A stretch of DNA of 64,000 nucleotides, from assembly GCA_963827235.1 (NCBI GenBank), contig CAWHAE010000009.1, forward strand, positions 896,001 to 960,000. The letters run 5' to 3'. Positions 1 through 9,761 of the stretch are shown in pieces. The translations under genes and the position numbers were made by a program. The DNA is from an uncultured bacterium (GTDB lineage Bacteria; Chloroflexota; UBA5177; JANWHV01). Below the pieces are notes generated by a model, which saw only the letters and a list, made by a program, of their open reading frames with translations, was not told the origin of the DNA and did no database searches. Numbering within the stretch: the stretch's first letter is position 1; every line of letters begins with the position of its first letter.

Positions 1-486
1 CGAGAGAAGACGCTCGATTTCGTCCCGTACTTCAACGCCGGACAGAGCATCGTGGTGAAGAAGGGCAATCCCCTGCATATCAATGCCCTGGCCGATCTCT
101 CCGGCAAGACCATCTCCGTTCAGTCAGGAACGGTTGAGCTTGCCTCCGCCGTCGCCGAGAACGCCCTCTTGAAGAAGCAGGGCAAGCCGCAGATGACCAT
201 CAAGAATTACGGTGAGGACGCGGTCGCTCTGCAGCAGCTTGCTCTTGGCCGCACGGTCGCGGAGCTGACGGACTACCCGGTGGCGGTCTATGATACCACC
301 CAATTTGCTGACAAGTACGAGATTGCCGGCCAGCAGTGGGGCGCGACGCCGTACGGTATCGCCGTCAACAAGTCCGACACTGCGCTTTACAAGGCGATCT
401 CGGCGGCTTTCAACATCGTCAAGAGCGATGGCGAGTACATGAAGATCCTCGAGAAGTACCACCTCGGCCAAGGTGCCATGAAGTAG
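1..486 (+). CDS. Polar amino-acid ABC transporter substrate-binding protein (5' end outside window)
   Basis: SBP_bac_3-like C-terminal half (LSGKTISVQSGT, PYGIAVNKSD, DGEYMKILEKY); followed by permease and ATPase genes. Confidence 0.9.
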   Translation, partial: REKTLDFVPYFNAGQSIVVKKGNPLHINALADLSGKTISVQSGTVELASAVAENALLKKQGKPQMTIKNYGEDAVALQQLALGRTVAELTDYPVAVYDTTQFADKYEIAGQQWGATPYGIAVNKSDTALYKAISAAFNIVKSDGEYMKILEKYHLGQGAMK

Positions 487-586
487 GTCAGACGGAGCAA
501 GAGGCCCACGCCCAGCTCAGGTAGAGCTGTGTCCAGGCACATGGCTCTGCCTGAGCCGGCAGGAACGGAGGCCGAACATCATCAAC

Positions 587-1333
587 GTGCCTTTTTCCCT
601 GAACTTGCAGTGGAGTTGGCCGGTCTTCCACGAGTATCTCTTCGATGGCACGCTCATCGAAGGCGCCAAGATCACGCTCGAGCTCACGGTAGTCTCCCAG
701 CTCCTCGGCATAGTGCTCGGCGTTCTGGCCGCCCTGGGGAAGACGTCGAAGCTCATCCCGTTCCGCGTCGTCGCCGAGCTCTACATCTGGCTCTTTCGCG
801 GCACGCCGGTGCTCGTGCAGATCCTCATCTGGTACAACGCGCTGCCTCCGACCACGCCGGAGTTCACCACGGGCCTTATCGCGCTCGGGCTGAACGAAGG
901 TGCGTATATGGCCGAGATCGTGCGCGCGGGCTTGGAGGCAGTCGACAAGGGGCAGACGGAAGCTGCCCATTCACTCGGCATGCGCTACGGCCTGGTCATG
1001 CGGCGCATCGTGCTGCCGCAAGCTATGCGCGTGATCATTCCGCCCACGGGCAACGAGTTCATCAGCATGCTGAAGACGACCTCGCTCGTGTCCACGATAT
1101 CGTTGGGCGAGCTGCTGATGAACTCCCAGAGTATCTACAACTGTACGGGCTGCGATGGTGCCCAACAGATTCTTCCGCTGCTGGCGATCGCGGCTCTCTA
1201 CTACCTATTCCTCTCGACCGTATTTACGTTCATCCAGATGTATATCGAAAGCCGCCTCGGCGATCGCCGCGCGCAGGATCCCGGTTGGTTCCGCACGCTG
1301 ATGGCTCGGGGCCGCTTGCTGTTCATCTCGTAG
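587..1333 (+). CDS. Polar amino-acid ABC transporter permease (start uncertain)
   Basis: FRGTPVLVQ, AYMAEIVRAG and GQTEAAHSLG (EAA loop) motifs; hydrophobic segments. Confidence 0.92.
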   Translation: MPFSLNLQWSWPVFHEYLFDGTLIEGAKITLELTVVSQLLGIVLGVLAALGKTSKLIPFRVVAELYIWLFRGTPVLVQILIWYNALPPTTPEFTTGLIALGLNEGAYMAEIVRAGLEAVDKGQTEAAHSLGMRYGLVMRRIVLPQAMRVIIPPTGNEFISMLKTTSLVSTISLGELLMNSQSIYNCTGCDGAQQILPLLAIAALYYLFLSTVFTFIQMYIESRLGDRRAQDPGWFRTLMARGRLLFIS

Positions 1334-1438
1334 GGAAGACGAAAGGTCCTGTCGACCGGGCCGCGTAGTGATGGCCTTGCTCATCTTGAGAACGCGACGA
1401 TATCACAAGTGCAAGCAGTGACCGCAAGTGTCTGAGCT

Positions 1439-2266
1439 GTGCCGAAGAAAGTAGCGACCGTGATCGATCGAGAGGCGTCTTCTGTCGGCACCAACGATAC
1501 CTGGCCGATGGTGTCCGCGCGCGACGTGCACAAGCACTTTGGACGGCTTCACGTGCTGCGCGGCGTGAACCTCACGGTGCCGAAGGGCCAGGTGCACGTG
1601 ATCATCGGTCCGAGCGGTTCTGGGAAGAGCACCATACTTCGCTGTCTGAACCACCTGGAGAAGATCCAGCAGGGAGAGATCCGCATCGACGGCGAGCTGA
1701 TGGGCTATCGCGTGGTGAACGGCAGGCTCAGAGAGGACACGGCGAAGAACATCGCCCGCATGCGATCGGAAGTGGGTATGGTGTTCCAGCGTTTCAACCT
1801 CTTTCCGCACATGACCGCGCTGGGCAATATCATCGAGGCGCCGATCCGGGTGAGGGGCATGTCCAAGGCCGAGGCAGTCGAGCGGGCGAACGTGTTGTTG
1901 CGGCGGGTGGGCATGGTGGAGAAGGCCAACTACTTCCCCTCGCAGCTCTCAGGCGGCCAGCAACAGCGCGTGGCCATTGCCCGGGCCCTGGCCATGGAAC
2001 CCAGAGTGATGTTGTTCGACGAGGCGACCAGCGCGCTTGATCCAGAGCTGGTGGGCGACGTGCTCAACGTGATGAAGCAGCTAGCCATGGACGGGATGAC
2101 CATGGTCGTGGTTACCCACGAGATGGGCTTCGCCCGCGACGTCGGCGATCACGTCGTGTTCATGGATAACGGCGTGATCATCGAGGAAGGCGAGCCGAAG
2201 CGTATTTTCGAGAATCCCGAGCAAGAGCGCACGCGGGCGTTCCTGAAGTCTGTGCTGCGAGGCTGA
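1439..2266 (+). CDS. Polar amino-acid ABC transporter ATP-binding protein (GlnQ family)
   Basis: Walker A GPSGSGKS, signature LSGGQQQR, Walker [15 protein letters not shown]. Confidence 0.95.
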   Translation: MPKKVATVIDREASSVGTNDTWPMVSARDVHKHFGRLHVLRGVNLTVPKGQVHVIIGPSGSGKSTILRCLNHLEKIQQGEIRIDGELMGYRVVNGRLREDTAKNIARMRSEVGMVFQRFNLFPHMTALGNIIEAPIRVRGMSKAEAVERANVLLRRVGMVEKANYFPSQLSGGQQQRVAIARALAMEPRVMLFDEATSALDPELVGDVLNVMKQLAMDGMTMVVVTHEMGFARDVGDHVVFMDNGVIIEEGEPKRIFENPEQERTRAFLKSVLRG

Positions 2267-2275
2267 GGTCCGGGC

Positions 2276-3181
2276 CTAGATCGGGAAGCCGCTGCGGATC
2301 CCCCTGGCGGCATATTGGTCCAGGACAAAGGCCTTGAACGCCGCGGTGGCAGGCGAGAGGGGGCGGTCCTCGACCCAGGCCATGCCGATCACGCGCACGC
2401 AGCGAGGCTGGGAGACGTGGATCAGCGTCGCCTCGTGCCGGCCGGTGATGCTCGACGCCGGCACGATGGAGACGCCGAGGCCCGCCGCCACCAGGCCGCG
2501 CACGGTGACCAGGTCGTCTCCCTCGAAGGCGATGCGCGGCGAGAAGCCGGCGGCCCGGCAGAGCTCGTCGGTGATGTGGCGCAGGCCGTCGCCTGCCTTG
2601 AGGCAGATCAGCGGCTCGTTCGCAATGTCGACCAGCTTGATCGAGTCCGATCCGGCCAGGGTATGGCCGTGGGGCACCTCGACGAGCAGCTCGTCGCTCA
2701 CCAGATCCGCCCAGCCGGTACCCTCCTCCGGACGAGTGCGCGCACAGAGGCCGAGGTCCACCTCTCCCCGGCGCAGCCAGCCCAGCACCACCGCCGAGGT
2801 GTCCTGCCGCAGCTGGAAGGCGGCTCGCGGCTGCAGGGGGCGGAAGGTGCTGACCAGCTCGGGCACGAGCCGCATGCCGAGCGCCTGCACAAAGCCCAGG
2901 CTGACGGTGTCGATCTCGGACTTGTCGATCTCCAGCAGCTCACGTCGCGCTACCGCGATCTGCTCAAGCGCGTTGTCGACGCGGACGAGGAAGGCACGGC
3001 CATAGCGATTGAGCCGCATCGATCGCCCCTCGCGATCGAAGAGCTGCACGCCGAGCTCGTGCTCCAGGGCGGCCAGGGCCCTGCTCAGCGCGGGCTGCGA
3101 GACATGCAGCTCGCGCGAGGCCCGCGTGACGTGCTGATAGCGGGCGAGCATCTGGAAGTACTCGAGCTGCTGCCACTCCAT
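2276..3181 (-). CDS. LysR family transcriptional regulator
   Basis: N-terminal HTH (HVTRASRELHVSQPALSR) plus substrate-binding domain; divergent from an MFS gene. Confidence 0.95.
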   Translation of the reverse strand: MEWQQLEYFQMLARYQHVTRASRELHVSQPALSRALAALEHELGVQLFDREGRSMRLNRYGRAFLVRVDNALEQIAVARRELLEIDKSEIDTVSLGFVQALGMRLVPELVSTFRPLQPRAAFQLRQDTSAVVLGWLRRGEVDLGLCARTRPEEGTGWADLVSDELLVEVPHGHTLAGSDSIKLVDIANEPLICLKAGDGLRHITDELCRAAGFSPRIAFEGDDLVTVRGLVAAGLGVSIVPASSITGRHEATLIHVSQPRCVRVIGMAWVEDRPLSPATAAFKAFVLDQYAARGIRSGFPI

Positions 3182-3403
3182 GGTACTCGCCGTTTCGAAT
3201 AGTCATGCACAAACGTCATTGATTATAATGCAGAAGATCTATTGGACGCCGCTGCCGTTTTGCTCGTAGCCTGAACGCATCGAAGCATCGTGCGACACCG
3301 GGCGCAGTGCACGGCTCGTTTGCAGGACCACGACGGTCTTTCGCGGACTCAGTGCTGAGGACGACTTCAGCCCGGGCTAGAGACGCGAAAGGTACTCACT
3401 GCC

Positions 3404-4669
3404 GTGAGCCCCGAGTCTGAGGCTGCCTATTTATTGCGAGGCACGTCCGAGTTTCGCCGCGCCAGCGTGGCACTTTTCCTGGCCGGATTCGTGACCTTCG
3501 ACGTGCTCTACTGCACACAGCCGTTGCTGCCCGTGTTTTCTGCCCAGTTCCACCAGTCTCCGGCCACTGCCAGCCTGGCGCTCTCCCTGACCACCGGCAC
3601 CATCGGCATTGCCATGATCGTGGCGGGCACGATCTCCGGGGTGTTGGGACGCAAGCGCGTGATGACGGTATCCATGTTCTGTTCGGCACTGCTGGTGATA
3701 CTGACGGCGCTCAGTCCCAGCTTCGGCGTGCTGCTCGCCGTCCGCGCCCTGCAGGGCGTGACCCTGGCCGGAATCCCGGCCGTGGCCATGGCATACCTGA
3801 CTGAGGAAGTGCGGCGGGACTCGCTCTGCGTGGCTATGGGCCTCTATATCAGCGGCAACACGATTGGCGGGATGTCCGCCCGCTTGCTGACCGGCGCGAT
3901 AACGGCCTTCGCGAGCTGGCGGGCGGCTCTGGTAGCGATCGGCGTGTTGAGCTTGCTGGCCTCGGCAGCCTTCCAGCGCATCCTTCCCGAGTCACGACAT
4001 TTCCGGCCGCGGCCGGCGGAGCCACGCTATCTCGCTTCGCAGTTGCTGTACAACCTGCGGGATCCCGGCCTGTGCCATCTGTTCGCCATGGGGGCCATCT
4101 TGATGGGCAGCTTCGTCACGCTGTTCAACTACCTGGGCTATCGCCTGACCTCGGCGCCCTACGGCCTGAGCCAGTGCACGGCAAGCCTGGTGTTCTTGGT
4201 CTACTTCGCCGGCACGTTCAGCTCGGCATGGATGGGCATGTTGTCGGCACGCTTCGGGCGGAGGCCGATCCTGATTGCCGGTGTATCGATCATGGCCGGC
4301 GGCCTGGGCCTTACCCTGTTCCAGCCGCTGCCGATCTTGATCTGCGGTGCGCTGCTCTTCACGTTCGGCTTCTTCGGCAGCCACTCCATCGCCAGCAGCT
4401 GGGTCGGCGCGCGCGCGCCGGGCGACAGCGCGCAGGCAGCGGCTCTCTACCTGCTGTTCTACTACCTCGGGTCCAGCACGTGCGGATTCGGCGGCGGCAT
4501 CGCCTGGGCGCGGTACGCCTGGCCGGGCGTGGCGGCTTTCATCAGCCTCATGTTGCTGGCCGGAATCTGGGTCGCCGTGCGCCTCGCGCACATCCCGTCC
4601 AGGCAGCAGCTGGTTCAGGAGCCGGCACCGCTCGGCACCGCTCGCGGCCGCGCCTCCAGCGCCGCGTAG
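3404..4669 (+). CDS. MFS transporter, YnfM-like
   Basis: LYCTQPLLP and GLYISGNTIGGMSAR motifs; about 12 hydrophobic segments. Confidence 0.9.
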   Translation: MSPESEAAYLLRGTSEFRRASVALFLAGFVTFDVLYCTQPLLPVFSAQFHQSPATASLALSLTTGTIGIAMIVAGTISGVLGRKRVMTVSMFCSALLVILTALSPSFGVLLAVRALQGVTLAGIPAVAMAYLTEEVRRDSLCVAMGLYISGNTIGGMSARLLTGAITAFASWRAALVAIGVLSLLASAAFQRILPESRHFRPRPAEPRYLASQLLYNLRDPGLCHLFAMGAILMGSFVTLFNYLGYRLTSAPYGLSQCTASLVFLVYFAGTFSSAWMGMLSARFGRRPILIAGVSIMAGGLGLTLFQPLPILICGALLFTFGFFGSHSIASSWVGARAPGDSAQAAALYLLFYYLGSSTCGFGGGIAWARYAWPGVAAFISLMLLAGIWVAVRLAHIPSRQQLVQEPAPLGTARGRASSAA

Positions 4670-4960
4670 CGCTCCCTTCACCGGCTTTGCCGGTAGGCCG
4701 CCTTCTCCTCATCGGCGTCCAGGGGACTGGTGGCGGCAGCGCGCGCTGCGTGAAGCCGCTCCGCGCAGACGGGAAACAGGAGGGCAATCGACACCACCGG
4801 AAGGTGCAGGCGAAGCGGATCGCGGCCGATAGGGGCGAAGCCGACGTCGCGCGTTTGGCTTTTCAGGGTGCTCCACATGGGGCATTGTTGGCCCCAACTG
4901 TTGCGCATACGATAGGATTGATCGATATGGCGCGGCAGTGGTTCGGAGTAAGGAGCGAGG

Positions 4961-5551
4961 ATGGCGGCGAGCCGGAGCATCGTGATGGATGGGGTTGCCC
5001 AACCATCGGTCGTCATTCGCCCGAGCGCGGCGAATGCCGGCGGGGTGCCCGCTGTAGAGCGAGCCTGGCTTCTGGCCGGTGCCGCGCTGATGCTTTGCGG
5101 CGTGGGCTTGGCAGGCGGCTGCGCCCTCGCGAGTCTTGACCTGCCATGGGAGGTACTCGTCGCGGCGTTTGTCCTCGGCCTCGCCCTTGTCCTGGTGCCG
5201 ATCGTACGCCGCCGGGTAGGGAGGAGCACCGTCGTCTTTGCCAACGGCGAGAGCTTCGGCATGACCACCGTGAAAGGCAAGCGCCGCGTATTTCCGACCT
5301 CCGACCTTGCCGGGGTGGTGCTCTGCACCGTCATCTCTCCCGGCAACCACGGCGACAGGACCGCCTGCGCCTTCTTCATGTCGACCTCGGGACAGTGTCT
5401 CTTCCGGCTGCAGTCAAGGCAGTGGGGGCGAGAGGATCTGGCCCGCCTCTGCGAGGTGGCCGGTGTACCCCTGGTGGGAAGCTGGGATCAGACGTGTCTG
5501 GCCGGCTATAACCCCCTGCTCGCCGCCTCGCTGCCCCGGCTGAAGCGCTAG
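4961..5551 (+). CDS. Hypothetical membrane protein (two TM segments plus soluble C-terminus)
   Basis: AAGGAG RBS upstream of ATG; two hydrophobic helices. Confidence 0.6.
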   Translation: MAASRSIVMDGVAQPSVVIRPSAANAGGVPAVERAWLLAGAALMLCGVGLAGGCALASLDLPWEVLVAAFVLGLALVLVPIVRRRVGRSTVVFANGESFGMTTVKGKRRVFPTSDLAGVVLCTVISPGNHGDRTACAFFMSTSGQCLFRLQSRQWGREDLARLCEVAGVPLVGSWDQTCLAGYNPLLAASLPRLKR

Positions 5552-5771
5552 TCAGCCGCTCAACGCAGCTCGGCGGCGGCACGGTCCCGGACTCGCAACG
5601 TGCATGCGACAGAGCCGGGCTCCGGGCAACAGCGCGGATTTGGGATGGCTGCGTCGCGGGCGACGACCTTCGGCTCCGGCATCATCACGGCCGGCCGCAC
5701 GCGCGGCAATGGTCGCGCCTCGGTTGCAGGTGCCCGCGCCGGACCCTGCCTTGACAAACGACGCTCGTGGA

Positions 5772-5801
5772 TTGATAACTAGAGCTAAATGTCCTCATAA
5801 T
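5772..5801 (+). promoter_or_regulatory. Sigma70-type promoter and probable GntR operator upstream of the GntR gene
   Basis: TTGATA-18nt-CATAAT (also TTGACA at 5751); AATGTCCTCATAAT recurs as AATGTCGTCATAAT at 6820. Confidence 0.55.
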
Positions 5802-5836
5802 GTCCGATCAAGGATAGGCGCTTGGTCTCATCGGGA

Positions 5837-6586
5837 ATGGACAAGCGGACCACATCGGCGGTACCTGTGCCGAAATACTACAGCCTCAAGATGAGCGTTT
5901 CGGCCCGGATCGCCGACGGCACCTGGCCGCCGGGAGCGCTGTTGCCCACGGAGCCGGAACTCTGCCAGGAATTCGGCGTGAGCAGGATTACCGTGCGCAA
6001 GGCGATGAGCGACCTGGTGCATGAGGGCAAGATCCATACGGTACAAGGCAAGGGAACGTTTGTTGCCAAGCCAAAAGTCGGCGAGCGCTTTATCCAGCGC
6101 GCCTACGGCGTGTTCGAGGACATGGAACGGCGTGGCCTCCGCCTGGCCACAGAGGTGCTGCGACAGGAAGTGATCGCTGCCGACGGTGACGTGGCGGCGC
6201 GCCTGGGCCTCTGCGCGGGAGAGCACGTTCACATCATCGTGCGCCGGCGTTGCGTGGAGGGTGAGTGTATCCTCATCTCCACGACCTTCATCCCGGAAGC
6301 GCTCTGCCCGGAACTGGTTCATGAGGACCTTTCTACCGGCTCGTTGTTTCGGCTCCTCCGCGAACGCTACGGGCTCAGACTCGGCCGCGGTGAGCGCACG
6401 CTGGAGGCTGTAGCGGCCGATCAGTGGGAAGCTCGCATTCTTGAGCTGGCGCTGGCCAGTCCCTTGCTCCGCCTGGATAGCGTGGGCTATCTTGCCGATG
6501 GTCGCCCCTTCGAGTACTCTCGGACCCTTCAGCGTGGCGACCGGGCGCGAGTGGAGCTGGAGTACTTTCCGGCGCCCGGCGACTAG
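5837..6586 (+). CDS. GntR family regulator, HutC/UTRA subfamily
   Basis: wHTH LPTEPELCQEFGVSRITVRKA, QGKGTFV; C-terminal UTRA domain (GRPFEYSRTLQRGDR). Confidence 0.95.
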   Translation: MDKRTTSAVPVPKYYSLKMSVSARIADGTWPPGALLPTEPELCQEFGVSRITVRKAMSDLVHEGKIHTVQGKGTFVAKPKVGERFIQRAYGVFEDMERRGLRLATEVLRQEVIAADGDVAARLGLCAGEHVHIIVRRRCVEGECILISTTFIPEALCPELVHEDLSTGSLFRLLRERYGLRLGRGERTLEAVAADQWEARILELALASPLLRLDSVGYLADGRPFEYSRTLQRGDRARVELEYFPAPGD

Positions 6587-6804
6587 CCTCTGCGCTCGCC
6601 ATTTCGATCGCGTGCTGCAGAATGTCATCGCAGTGCAACCACCTCGCCGGCGGCAACGATGAAGCGCCCGGCCGGCCAGCAGGACCATTCGTGGCACGAG
6701 TCGTCTACAGTGACTGCCGAGATGATCGTGACTGCTGGCCTTGTCCCGTTGCACCCGGCCTGTCCGCGTGCCGGCGAGCGCGCGAAGGGAGCGGCGTCCC
6801 ACGG

Positions 6805-6833
6805 TTGGCGGCCATACAGAATGTCGTCATAAT
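6805..6833 (+). promoter_or_regulatory. Promoter with overlapping GntR-type operator upstream of the glycoside hydrolase
   Basis: TTGGCG-17nt-CATAAT; operator-like AATGTCGTCATAAT matches the 5788-5801 copy at 13 of 14 positions. Confidence 0.55.
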
Positions 6834-7020
6834 ATAGCATCCATCAGAGTATGATGAATACGGTTGAATCTCTGTCAGACGCCTGAGCGTGTTGCCGGGC
6901 CGCCGGCCGCGGGCTTGGGCACGAAATCCGGCCGGCGCCATGTCGATGTGCTGCCTGCTCGAGGCGCGCAACAGGAATTCTCGGCCTCATGTATGGATGC
7001 GAGACGAGGGAGTTAGCGGC

Positions 7021-9645
7021 GTGTACGAGGGAATAGACACCATTTTCCTGGTCCATCACAGCCACACTGATATCGGCTACACCCACGACCAGCCAATAGT
7101 CTGGGACCTGCACCGGCGCTTCATCGAGCTGGCGATCGACGAGTGCGAGAAGCACGCGGATAGAGACGCCGCCGACGCCTTCCGATGGACGGTAGAGACG
7201 ACGCTGGTGCTGCTGGACTGGCTGCGGACTGCCTCGGACACCAGAGTGGAGCAGTTCCTGCGCCTGGTGCGCGCAGGCAGAATCGAAGTTACCGCCATGC
7301 CGGTCAACATCACGCCCCTGTTCGACACCGAAGAGCTGGTGGAAGGCCTGGAGCCCGTGCGCCGTCTGCGCAAGCAGTACGGCATTCCGATCCGCCACGC
7401 GATGAACAGCGACGTGAACGGAGAGAACTGGCCGCTGGTCGATGCGCTGCTTGACGCCGGTATCGAGGGCTTCAGCATGGCGACGAACATCCACTTTGGC
7501 GGCTCGCCGCTGGCGTGGCCGAACGCGTTTCACTGGCAGGGTCCCAGCGGACGCAGCATCCTTGCTTGGAACGGCTGGGACTACGCCTATGCCTATGAAG
7601 CAGGGATCGACTGCAATGCGGCCGGCTTCCGCGACGAAGGATGGCCGCGCATCGATAGCTGGCTGCGAGAGCGCGAGTATCCGCTGCCGGTGCTCATGAT
7701 GCAGCTGTTCGATGCCTTCGGCGACAACGGCCCGACGAGCCCGACGATCAGCCGCTTCGTGCGGGAGTGGAACGAGAAGGTAGGCCGACCACGACTGCGC
7801 ATCGCGGTTCCGGCAGACTGGTGGTCGGCGGTGGCGAAGCACGCGGCGGTGCTGCCCACTTACCGGGGCGACTGGACGGACTTCTGGAACTTCGGCTGCG
7901 CGTCGAGCGCCCGGGAAGTGGCGATCAATCGGGCAAGCCGGTCCCGGCTGCGCGCGGCCGATGCGGCCGCGGGCGTGATCGGGGCTCTGGGCGGCGAGGA
8001 TGAGCCCGCGCGCGTCCCGGGCGGCGAGGCACGCGAGCAGGCCGGCAGGGCCATGTACCTCTGGGACGAGCACACCTGGGGAGCCGACAGGAGCGTGTTC
8101 AGTGCGGACGACGAGGACACGGCCGCCCAGTGGAACCACAAAGCGTCCTTCGCCTACACCGCCAGGAGTCTCTCCTTGATGCTGCAGCGAGACGCCGTCG
8201 CCGAGCTGGCGCGACGGGTGGCGCGGGCGCCGGGAGACGCCTGTCTGATCTTCAATCCGTTGCCCGTCCCGCGCACGGTGAGCGGTCCCGTGGTGGACTC
8301 CTTCGGGCGCGGCACTCGCGGCCGCGGCGAGGATCCCACGTCGGCCAGGCATTCTGTGGATCGGGGACGAGTGTCGACGACGAAGGATCTCACCGCGATC
8401 GAGCCCATCGGAGTGCCCGCTTTCGGCTATGCACTGGTGCCGGAGAGCGCAACCAAGACCGTCACCATTGAGGCCGTGCACGACCCCATTGTCGAGACGT
8501 CGCGCTATGTGATCGAATTCGACATACAGAGGGGCGGCATTCGCCGCTGGCTCGACAAGCGGCTCGGCAAGGAGCTGGTGGACGGCGATACCACCTGGCC
8601 GCTCAACGGCTGGGTGCATGAGGAGCCGCTGGAACGGGGTCTGGAGAATCCGCGCCGCGCGCTTTGGGCACCGGTTGAGCGGCGGCTGGGGCTGGAGCGC
8701 GGCTGGCGCTCCGGTTGGCCCGCCGAGCGGGTGGGACCGCGCCGCGTGCTCGGTCACGACGTGTACCGCCGAGCCGACGGCCTGCAGGTGGAGCAGCGGC
8801 TCGAGCTGCCCTCCGGCGCTGAGCTCATCCAGACGACGCTCATACCGGCTGGCGCGGAGTGGATAGAATGCGAATCCGCGTGGCACATGGGCCTGGATAC
8901 CAAGCCCGAGGCAACGTATATTGCCTTCCCCTTCCTGCTTCCCCATGCCGCCGCGCGCGTCGACCTGGGTGGACAGGCCATGCGCGTGGACGCCGACCAG
9001 CTACCCCGCGCCTGTCGCGACTACTATACCACGCAGGGATGGGTGGACCTGTCGAACGACGAGCTCGGAGTGACGGTGGCTTGCCTGGATGCACCGATGG
9101 TGCAGCTTGGCGATTTCTCTTTCGGGGCGAATCGTACGGCGATCCGCCTGGAGCGGGCGCTGCTGCTCGGCTGGGTGACCAACAACTACTGGGAGACGAA
9201 CTTCCGCGCGCACCAACCGGGAGAGGTGCGTGCAAGGTACAGGCTGCTGCCGCACGGCGCTCCCTTCGACGAAGCGGCGGCGCACGCGTTCGGCCTCGAC
9301 GCCATGCAGCCCGTCGTCTATCATCCGCTGGCCGAACCCGCGGCGGCGGGCGCTCTGCTGCCGCGCGAGGGGACGCTGCTGCAACTGCCCCGGGATCCGG
9401 TTCTCACGCTGCGCGTGTGGTCAGAGGATGGGCAACTGCTGGTGCGCATGCTGAACGCCTCCGATCGCGGTGTGGACGCCGAAGTGGGCTCAGGCGTGCT
9501 GCAAATCAGCGGCGCCGCGCGCTGCGATCTGTTCGGAGATGGGGCCCAGGCGTTGCCGGTCTCGGACGGCGCGGTCCGCATCGCGCTCGGGCCGCGGCAG
9601 ATCGCGACGCTGCGATTGAGCGTGGTCGTGGGTATGGTTCTGTAG
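7021..9645 (+). CDS. Glycoside hydrolase family 38-like (alpha-mannosidase-like) protein
   Basis: Metal-binding HHSHTDIGYT, WDEHTWG and NNYWETNF motifs; GAGGGG RBS before GTG at 7021. Confidence 0.85.
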   Translation: MYEGIDTIFLVHHSHTDIGYTHDQPIVWDLHRRFIELAIDECEKHADRDAADAFRWTVETTLVLLDWLRTASDTRVEQFLRLVRAGRIEVTAMPVNITPLFDTEELVEGLEPVRRLRKQYGIPIRHAMNSDVNGENWPLVDALLDAGIEGFSMATNIHFGGSPLAWPNAFHWQGPSGRSILAWNGWDYAYAYEAGIDCNAAGFRDEGWPRIDSWLREREYPLPVLMMQLFDAFGDNGPTSPTISRFVREWNEKVGRPRLRIAVPADWWSAVAKHAAVLPTYRGDWTDFWNFGCASSAREVAINRASRSRLRAADAAAGVIGALGGEDEPARVPGGEAREQAGRAMYLWDEHTWGADRSVFSADDEDTAAQWNHKASFAYTARSLSLMLQRDAVAELARRVARAPGDACLIFNPLPVPRTVSGPVVDSFGRGTRGRGEDPTSARHSVDRGRVSTTKDLTAIEPIGVPAFGYALVPESATKTVTIEAVHDPIVETSRYVIEFDIQRGGIRRWLDKRLGKELVDGDTTWPLNGWVHEEPLERGLENPRRALWAPVERRLGLERGWRSGWPAERVGPRRVLGHDVYRRADGLQVEQRLELPSGAELIQTTLIPAGAEWIECESAWHMGLDTKPEATYIAFPFLLPHAAARVDLGGQAMRVDADQLPRACRDYYTTQGWVDLSNDELGVTVACLDAPMVQLGDFSFGANRTAIRLERALLLGWVTNNYWETNFRAHQPGEVRARYRLLPHGAPFDEAAAHAFGLDAMQPVVYHPLAEPAAAGALLPREGTLLQLPRDPVLTLRVWSEDGQLLVRMLNASDRGVDAEVGSGVLQISGAARCDLFGDGAQALPVSDGAVRIALGPRQIATLRLSVVVGMVL

Positions 9646-9761
9646 AGCGTCGATGACACCGGCTAGAGACCGGCGGCCTGAGCATCGGTGCCTTTCTTGG
9701 CGCCGGCAGGTGTGTGCTACGTCCGGCGTTCGTGGCAGCGCGCGGAAGCGATAGAGAGGCG

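Noticed and set aside
6844-8946. Long antisense or alternative-frame ORFs (also 19528-21441, 31607-33493, 47406-49220 and others)
   Set aside because: Shadow ORFs expected at high GC opposite well-supported genes; no recognisable motifs
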